DNA of 20,000 bases from an uncultured virus (IMG/VR IMGVR_UViG_3300022555_000049). Lineage: Duplodnaviria; Heunggongvirae; Uroviricota; Caudoviricetes. Below the pieces are notes generated by a model that was not told the DNA's origin, did no database searches, and saw nothing but the letters and a program-made list of their open reading frames with translations. The position numbers were made by a program, and so were the translations under genes. Below, piece by piece: positions 15,189 to 20,000 of the stretch (the first letter of the stretch is position 1; every line of letters begins with the position of its first letter). The stretch lies in IMG/VR virus record IMGVR_UViG_3300022555_000049, one strand, 5' to 3'.

Positions 15189-16248
15189 ATGAATGCTTGG
15201 TTATTTCAATAAAGTTATTGTTACCAATAAATTCATCAAGATTATGGCTATTACTATAACTCATCGAATTTCTGAGATAGTGTTTAAAATTTTCAATCCA
15301 TCCATATATACTGTATTCTACAGGAACATATCTAACAACACCTTCAGAAGTTTTTAAAACAGTTTTACCCATTGCCTTTTGAGCACTCTTAGTGCTCATA
15401 CCTCTAAAATGTTTAACGATTTTAAATCCTTTACGATACAAGAATTTTGCTAATTTAACATTAATTTTAAGTCCATAAAAATAATTTTCACCAGAACTTT
15501 CAATTGATTTATTGAAAATAGAACCAACCATAACCATGTCTGCACCTAAATAAAATGATTTTATTATATCGGAATAATTTTTCATACCTCCATCAGCAAT
15601 AATCATTGGTGCTATTTGTTTATTTTCATTTTCGAATTTATCTTTTATCCCACGAATTTCATGAATTAAGGATGCGATTGGGTAGCCAATGCCGCTGTTT
15701 TTGGTGCTTAGGCAGGCATTCCCATTTCCTATTCCACATCTAATCATTTGAACGTCAGTGTTTTCCGCATAATACAAATATGTTTCAGGATTCCCAATAT
15801 TTCCAATCATAATTATAATGTCTGGTCTTATTTTTGTGAGTCTATTTACATAATTAACAACTTTAAGCATGTGAGCATTTGCAACATCAATTAACATATG
15901 AAACCCTCGATGTAATTTTTGTTGGAACATCCATTCGTTTTCAAAAAACTCATCCAAGTCATCAAACCCAAAACTTAAAAAAACGTTATTGTATTTGTTT
16001 CTGTTTCTACAAGTAAATAAAAATTCGTTAAATTCATCAATTTTTATTGTTCTTGGTAAACAAACCATAATGCCGTTATCGATATAGTCATCAATATTAT
16101 TAAGATTCACAACAGTATCCATTGGTGCAGTGAAAAGTGGTAATATTTCTGGTAAGGCAATATCTTTGTATCTGCTGGTAATATCACTAATTTTTGATGG
16201 GACAATTAATATGTCATCAAAATCGAATTTTGTGTTTAAATTATTCAT
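15169..16248 (-). CDS. guaC: GMP reductase / IMP dehydrogenase family protein (no CBS domains; closer to GMP reductase)
   Basis: FDFDDILIVP, APMDTV, IDVANAH, catalytic GIGNGNAC, IIADGG, FRGMST, TSEG, LRNSMSY; lacks the IMPDH GMGS and RY flap motifs. Confidence 0.8.
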   Translation of the reverse strand: MNNLNTKFDFDDILIVPSKISDITSRYKDIALPEILPLFTAPMDTVVNLNNIDDYIDNGIMVCLPRTIKIDEFNEFLFTCRNRNKYNNVFLSFGFDDLDEFFENEWMFQQKLHRGFHMLIDVANAHMLKVVNYVNRLTKIRPDIIIMIGNIGNPETYLYYAENTDVQMIRCGIGNGNACLSTKNSGIGYPIASLIHEIRGIKDKFENENKQIAPMIIADGGMKNYSDIIKSFYLGADMVMVGSIFNKSIESSGENYFYGLKINVKLAKFLYRKGFKIVKHFRGMSTKSAQKAMGKTVLKTSEGVVRYVPVEYSIYGWIENFKHYLRNSMSYSNSHNLDEFIGNNNFIEITKHSYDRFNK

Positions 16249-16262
16249 GTGTTTTATTTAAA

Positions 16263-16421
16263 AAGTGTGTGTTTGCAATTAATTATAAATATCGAAATTG
16301 AGTTTTAACTCTTGATTCTTAAGTCTTTAAGTCATGAATTCAGGATTTTTGAACATTCTAATCTCTATCGTTTTGTCCGTAAAGGAAATAATATTTACAT
16401 TAATAGTCAAACAACACACTT
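16263..16421 (-). ncRNA. putative structured ncRNA: long terminal stem enclosing heptamer repeat array
   Basis: Arms 16391-16421 and 16263-16292 are complementary over ~27 bp (AAGTGTGT(T)GTTTG..ATTAAT..TAAATAT). The interior has 8-9 units of ~AGAnTYA. It starts 5 nt after the stop of the DIP1984-like gene. Confidence 0.65.
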
Positions 16422-16426
16422 CTATG

Positions 16427-16876
16427 TTATTCTACATCCCAAGGAATATCGGTTGTGTAGTTATATGTATCAATTTCTTCTTGGAGTGCATCTACTTTTG
16501 TTTGTAATGCTTTAACCATTTCGTTACGTAGACTTTCGTCAACCTGAACCTTATATTCTCTGAGTGTGTCACTATATCCCTTAGATTCCATTCCCTCAAC
16601 AACGCTCACCTCATTCCAAAAAGCGATAAGTGCTTTATTCTCAGAAAGAACATAAATTTTTGATTGAATTTCGCTATTGGCTTCGTTAATTGCGAATTTT
16701 AACCCAACAAGATTGTTAATTTTTTCTTGGAGTTCTGAGTACAATTTATTCACGTCAAATTTTTCTCCGTTGAGTGAGCCAATCAAATAAGAATTTTTTT
16801 CTTTGATTTGTTGTTTTAGTTTGGTAATTTCTCCAACTAAACCTTTTCTTAGTTTTAATGCTTTGTATAATTTCAT
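16427..16876 (-). CDS. DIP1984/septicolysin-like (DUF6847-type) coiled-coil protein
   Basis: N-terminal MKLYKALKLRKGL and C-terminal ALQEEIDTYNYTTDI match the family pattern MKLAEAL..R..L / ...IQ..NW.TEL; central LKFAINEAN. Confidence 0.75.
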   Translation of the reverse strand: MKLYKALKLRKGLVGEITKLKQQIKEKNSYLIGSLNGEKFDVNKLYSELQEKINNLVGLKFAINEANSEIQSKIYVLSENKALIAFWNEVSVVEGMESKGYSDTLREYKVQVDESLRNEMVKALQTKVDALQEEIDTYNYTTDIPWDVE

Positions 16877-16896
16877 GATAATTTATTTTTAGATTA

Positions 16897-16928
16897 CAAA
16901 TATAAATATTTATTTTTAATAATGCAAG
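16897..16928 (-). promoter_or_regulatory. Bacteroidota housekeeping-sigma promoter for the DIP1984-like gene + ncRNA
   Basis: TTG-N20-TATATTTG, 20 nt before ATG 16876. Confidence 0.72.
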
Positions 16929-16929
16929 A

Positions 16930-17799
16930 TTAAATATTGGTTTTAATCCTGAAATCAACAGACCATCCATATGGCATGTATTCGGGTTGCATTGTATTAA
17001 TAAAATGATTTCTCCATAGCTTTACAAAATCTATGATCTTTTCTTCGGTATCTAATTTTTGTATAACATAATAACCATGCTCGTACATATACCTATTTTC
17101 ACCTTTAAATTGTTGGGTGTTTGTAATATGTTCATCGGTTAATAGTAAATATAATTTATATAGTTGAATATAATTGAGATTAATCAGTGTGTTATAAGGA
17201 AGATTACTATTTTCTGAAATATAAACCAATTTGTTTATTTTCACCTCTTCAGGCATCTTATTATAATTTCTAAATAATGAGTGGATGTTATTCAATAGTA
17301 ATGACCCATCCTTGCCGTTTTCACGCAGTTTAGCAGTATAATCAATGTTGAGTTCGCTTATTGTTTTAACATCGTAAATTCGGGCTATTTCGTCCTTATA
17401 TTCATTAGCCATTTGTTCATATTCAGAATGCTTTTTATCGTTAATTAAAACAACATCATGATGATTTTTTGATTTAAACTTTTCTGGAAAAAATTGTCTG
17501 TAACAATATGGAACAATATGATGACGTTGTAAGTGGGTTTTAATTCCACTCACAACGCATCTAGATTCTCTCATTCCTCGACCAAATTCTTCATTATCCT
17601 CAAAACCGTTGCCTTTGGGTTCAAAATTGAATTGAATTTGTTTACTACCAGTTATGGTCGCTAAATTTTTATCCAAATACCAATTAGCTTTTTTTTCGCC
17701 ACAGGTAAACATATGTCTCCCACTTGGATGATAAACTTTCCAATTTTCAGAATTCAAATTTTTACTCCCAACGTTTAAAATATTATTTAGACTACCCAT
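16930..17799 (-). CDS. HNH-like protein homologous to the C-terminal domain of EXD2
   Basis: ENWKVYHPSGRHMFTCGEKKANWYLDKNLA, CVVSG, RHHIVPYCYRQFFPEKFKSKNHHDVVLI, HGYYV, FVKLWRNHFINTMQPEYMPYGWSV; likely start MGSL at 17799 (track 17811). Confidence 0.8.
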   Translation of the reverse strand: MGSLNNILNVGSKNLNSENWKVYHPSGRHMFTCGEKKANWYLDKNLATITGSKQIQFNFEPKGNGFEDNEEFGRGMRESRCVVSGIKTHLQRHHIVPYCYRQFFPEKFKSKNHHDVVLINDKKHSEYEQMANEYKDEIARIYDVKTISELNIDYTAKLRENGKDGSLLLNNIHSLFRNYNKMPEEVKINKLVYISENSNLPYNTLINLNYIQLYKLYLLLTDEHITNTQQFKGENRYMYEHGYYVIQKLDTEEKIIDFVKLWRNHFINTMQPEYMPYGWSVDFRIKTNI

Positions 17800-18793
17800 T
17801 ATAAATTTCAAAAAAACGATTATGAATCTGCATATATGTTGACCTTAAAATAAAATTATCATATTCTTCACCAAGTGCAGATTTAAATTTACCAATAGCA
17901 ATACCTAATTCTTTGCCTTGTAAGTTTGGAAGCCATGACATAACGATATCCCCGTTGAACTTTTGTGAGATAACATTATTAAGTCTATCTTTTTCCTTTA
18001 AAACATATAACTTATTCATTAAATCTGCTTCAGGAAAAAACTTGTTAATAGCATCAAGATAATTATCTTTATTTTTATCAAAAGGATATTCTTTAACAAT
18101 ATTATTTTCTGTCAAATATTCCAAAAATTTGTGATATGAACCACGTTTACGATTTCTTTTTCTATCGAGATGTTTAAGATTTTCAATTTTAAACATTTCT
18201 GAGTCAAAATATTTGCTATCAATCGTAAATTTAAGAATATCCTCAAGAGTTTCAAACCCTTTCAAATATCTATCATAGTCATAACCACCAAATTCAAATA
18301 TTTTTCTCGCATCAGTAGATAATAAAATGTCTGCAGAATTATTTCCATTAAAGTTTCTGAATTTATAGAACAAACCTTCCCATCCATATGATAAACCAAA
18401 TTTATGATAGGTTTTTCCAGCAATATTGCATAGCGGATCGAATGAAAAATATGTTTTTGCAATTTCCCAGTTACTTGCTTTTATTGGAATGAAATCAATT
18501 TGGAAATCTTTATAATCAAATGAGTGTACATTACCGTTTGAATAAACGGCTTTAGGATTAAATGCTGTTTTGATATACTCATTCCAATTGATGTTGTTTG
18601 TATTGGCATCAATTTTAATTAACAAATCTAAATCGCCGTGATCTGCTTTTGTATAATAACATTTAATAACTTCACTGTATAATCCCAAATCAAGAAATGC
18701 TTTAACGCCAATTTCATAACCAATTTGATTGAATTCTTCTGTGTTCTTTCTTTTCGTAAAAACACCGTACTTGTTTAATGCTTTGCCTCCCAT
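17792..18793 (-). CDS. Pol-beta superfamily nucleotidyltransferase
   Basis: KADHGDLDLLI (GDxD) and third Asp in FQIDFI; C-terminal FNGDIVM...GKELG resembles the tail of tRNA nucleotidyltransferases. Confidence 0.75.
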   Translation of the reverse strand: MGGKALNKYGVFTKRKNTEEFNQIGYEIGVKAFLDLGLYSEVIKCYYTKADHGDLDLLIKIDANTNNINWNEYIKTAFNPKAVYSNGNVHSFDYKDFQIDFIPIKASNWEIAKTYFSFDPLCNIAGKTYHKFGLSYGWEGLFYKFRNFNGNNSADILLSTDARKIFEFGGYDYDRYLKGFETLEDILKFTIDSKYFDSEMFKIENLKHLDRKRNRKRGSYHKFLEYLTENNIVKEYPFDKNKDNYLDAINKFFPEADLMNKLYVLKEKDRLNNVISQKFNGDIVMSWLPNLQGKELGIAIGKFKSALGEEYDNFILRSTYMQIHNRFFEIYNG

Positions 18794-18807
18794 AATATTT
18801 TTTTACA

Positions 18808-18838
18808 ATATTACGAAAAAGAAATCACATATGTTACA
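18808..18838 (-). promoter_or_regulatory. ECF-type promoter TGTAAC-N17-CGTAATAT
   Basis: 14 nt upstream of ATG 18793; matches the motif repeated around the sigma gene. Confidence 0.6.
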
Positions 18839-18843
18839 AAAAA

Positions 18844-19179
18844 TTAAAATATTTTGAAAGAAATTGTGTCGTCAATAGTTTCCGATTCACTAATCGTCCA
18901 ATTTTCGGTTTCATCTAATTCATCCAGCAATGCCTCAATCTTCTGAAAAACACATTCATAATTCTCCAACAATAATTCTTCAGAACTAGTAGACTCGAAA
19001 TCGAAATCCAAAAGATCGTCATCATCATCGCTATAAAAACTTTTGACATAATTAGTATTATCGTAATTGTCCAACACATACGTCCAAACGATACAATTTC
19101 CCTCAATAGTAAACTCCCCATTTAAATCTTCGGAAGAAAATTTATGTTGTATGTTTTTGAATAGTTCATTAATATTCAT
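18844..19179 (-). CDS. highly acidic hypothetical protein, 111 aa
   Basis: SDDDDDLLDFDFESTSSEELLLENYE...LLDELDETENWTISESETIDD. Confidence 0.75.
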   Translation of the reverse strand: MNINELFKNIQHKFSSEDLNGEFTIEGNCIVWTYVLDNYDNTNYVKSFYSDDDDDLLDFDFESTSSEELLLENYECVFQKIEALLDELDETENWTISESETIDDTISFKIF

Positions 19180-19189
19180 GTGAATAATA

Positions 19190-19262
19190 ATTTATGGTTA
19201 AAATAATTTTAACCATAAATAGAAAATATTTTCCAAAAGACTATCTTTAGTGGAAAATATTT
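19190..19262. repeat. two adjacent inverted repeats
   Basis: Perfect 15-1-15 palindrome ATTTATGGTTAAAAT-A-ATTTTAACCATAAAT (19190-19220); hairpin AAATATTTTCCA-AAAGA-cta-TCTTT-ag-TGGAAAATATTT (19224-19262). Confidence 0.75.
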
Positions 19263-19317
19263 AATAAAAGATTATTGTTTAAGGTTTTTAGTGGAAAAAA
19301 ACCAGAAAAATCTGGCT

Positions 19318-19944
19318 TTAAATCTCAATTACTATTGGTTCATATGCTACTTGGTAATCCTCATCCAAATTAGATGCATTAATAAATAAGGTTTCACCAA
19401 TCTTTTTAGTTCCATGACTTGAGTGGATGTGACCAAAGGTAGCAATCAAAGGATTAGCCCTGTTAATGTTATCAATTAATGAAGGAGAACCTAAATTTAT
19501 ACCGTCATTATTTACTTCATCTAATATACCATATGGTGGATTATGTGTAATTAACACATCTGTGTTATCAGGAATTGCTTCAAAATATCTTGCTAATGAT
19601 TCTTCGGTTCTATTAAAAGCCCAATTACAAAATTCAAGATTTACTGGTGTGCCATAGAAATTAATGCCTCCAATTTCAATTGCTTCGTCTTCCAAATAAA
19701 TAATTCCTTCTGGTATTAATGATTTGGCTAATGTTCTATTTCTTTCAAACATCCAGTCATGATTACCTGCAATAAAAATTTTATGCCTAGCCTTTTGTTT
19801 ATTAAACCAAGACAAAAAACCAATAATTTCGTGCTCATAACCCATAGAAGTAAAATCACCGCAATGAATTAAAAAATCACACTCAGGAATTATTAGTTGT
19901 TTATGCTTGTTGTGAGTATCGCTAATAAAAATATACTTTTTCAT
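19318..19944 (-). CDS. calcineurin-like metallophosphoesterase (MPPED/239FB-like)
   Basis: FISDTH, HCGDFT, AGNHD, LITHNPP, FGHIH: all five motifs. Confidence 0.92.
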   Translation of the reverse strand: MKKYIFISDTHNKHKQLIIPECDFLIHCGDFTSMGYEHEIIGFLSWFNKQKARHKIFIAGNHDWMFERNRTLAKSLIPEGIIYLEDEAIEIGGINFYGTPVNLEFCNWAFNRTEESLARYFEAIPDNTDVLITHNPPYGILDEVNNDGINLGSPSLIDNINRANPLIATFGHIHSSHGTKKIGETLFINASNLDEDYQVAYEPIVIEI

Positions 19945-20000
19945 TTTGTTCTAAATTTAATTAAATCATTAATCCACAATATGAATTCGTTATAAGTTAA

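Noticed and set aside
16299..16365. CRISPR array or type III antitoxin call for the heptamer repeats
   Set aside because: Units are 7-8 nt with no spacers and no cas genes; type III antitoxin repeats are much longer and lie upstream of the toxin
16312..16515. 67-aa + strand ORF over the putative ncRNA
   Set aside because: TTG start, antisense to the DIP1984-like gene, no motif; the stem/repeat structure explains the region better
14597..19121. Same-strand alternative-frame ORFs 14597..14971, 16755..16970, 18262..18462, 18915..19121
   Set aside because: They lie within or across better-supported genes; 14597..14971 also conflicts with the + strand 14613..14780 ORF
3700..19657. Track ORFs 3700..3951, 5517..5837, 8012..8245, 8991..9200, 10437..10664, 11016..11201, 11373..11633, 11536..11721, 11708..11935, 14216..14404, 19466..19657
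   Set aside because: Antisense shadows of well-supported genes, with no start context or motifs
1..20000. Stop-codon reassignment (TAG/TGA) as in some Bacteroidota phages
   Set aside because: Recognisable enzymes are full length in code 11, and TAG and TGA both end genes at sensible positions (e.g. sigma TAG, dehydrogenase TGA)

Overview
Strongly AT-rich, gene-dense window that reads as part of a large (jumbo-type) lytic phage infecting a Bacteroidota host. The host inference rests on four TTG-N20-TAnnTTT(G/A) promoters and Bacteroidota-like metabolic genes. No structural hallmark gene is present, so phage origin is inferred. (1) 1-2750 is an early-type region of short promoter-leader-ORF cassettes around a phage ECF sigma factor, with repeated TGTAAC-N16/17-CGTATAAT ECF-type promoters, an aberrant tRNA-like element and a frameshifted small gene. 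(2) A non-coding GC island with a canonical G-quadruplex motif follows (possible genome end/packaging region). (3) Next are a homing-endonuclease-like gene and a + strand block with AGTATTTAT motifs, containing a four-copy tandem paralog array with constant N-terminus and variable helical repeats. (4) A long - strand block holds a NUMOD1 protein, Zn-ribbon proteins, a TviB/WbpO-type nucleotide-sugar dehydrogenase, methylglyoxal synthase, a beta-helix repeat protein, a GMP reductase/IMPDH, a DIP1984-like protein, an EXD2-C-terminal-like HNH protein, a Pol-beta nucleotidyltransferase and a metallophosphoesterase. The most striking unexplained signal is a ~159-nt structured element directly after the DIP1984-like gene: a ~27-bp terminal stem enclosing 8-9 heptamer repeats, suggesting a protein + repeat-ncRNA system. 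All family assignments are from motif recognition by eye; no searches were run.
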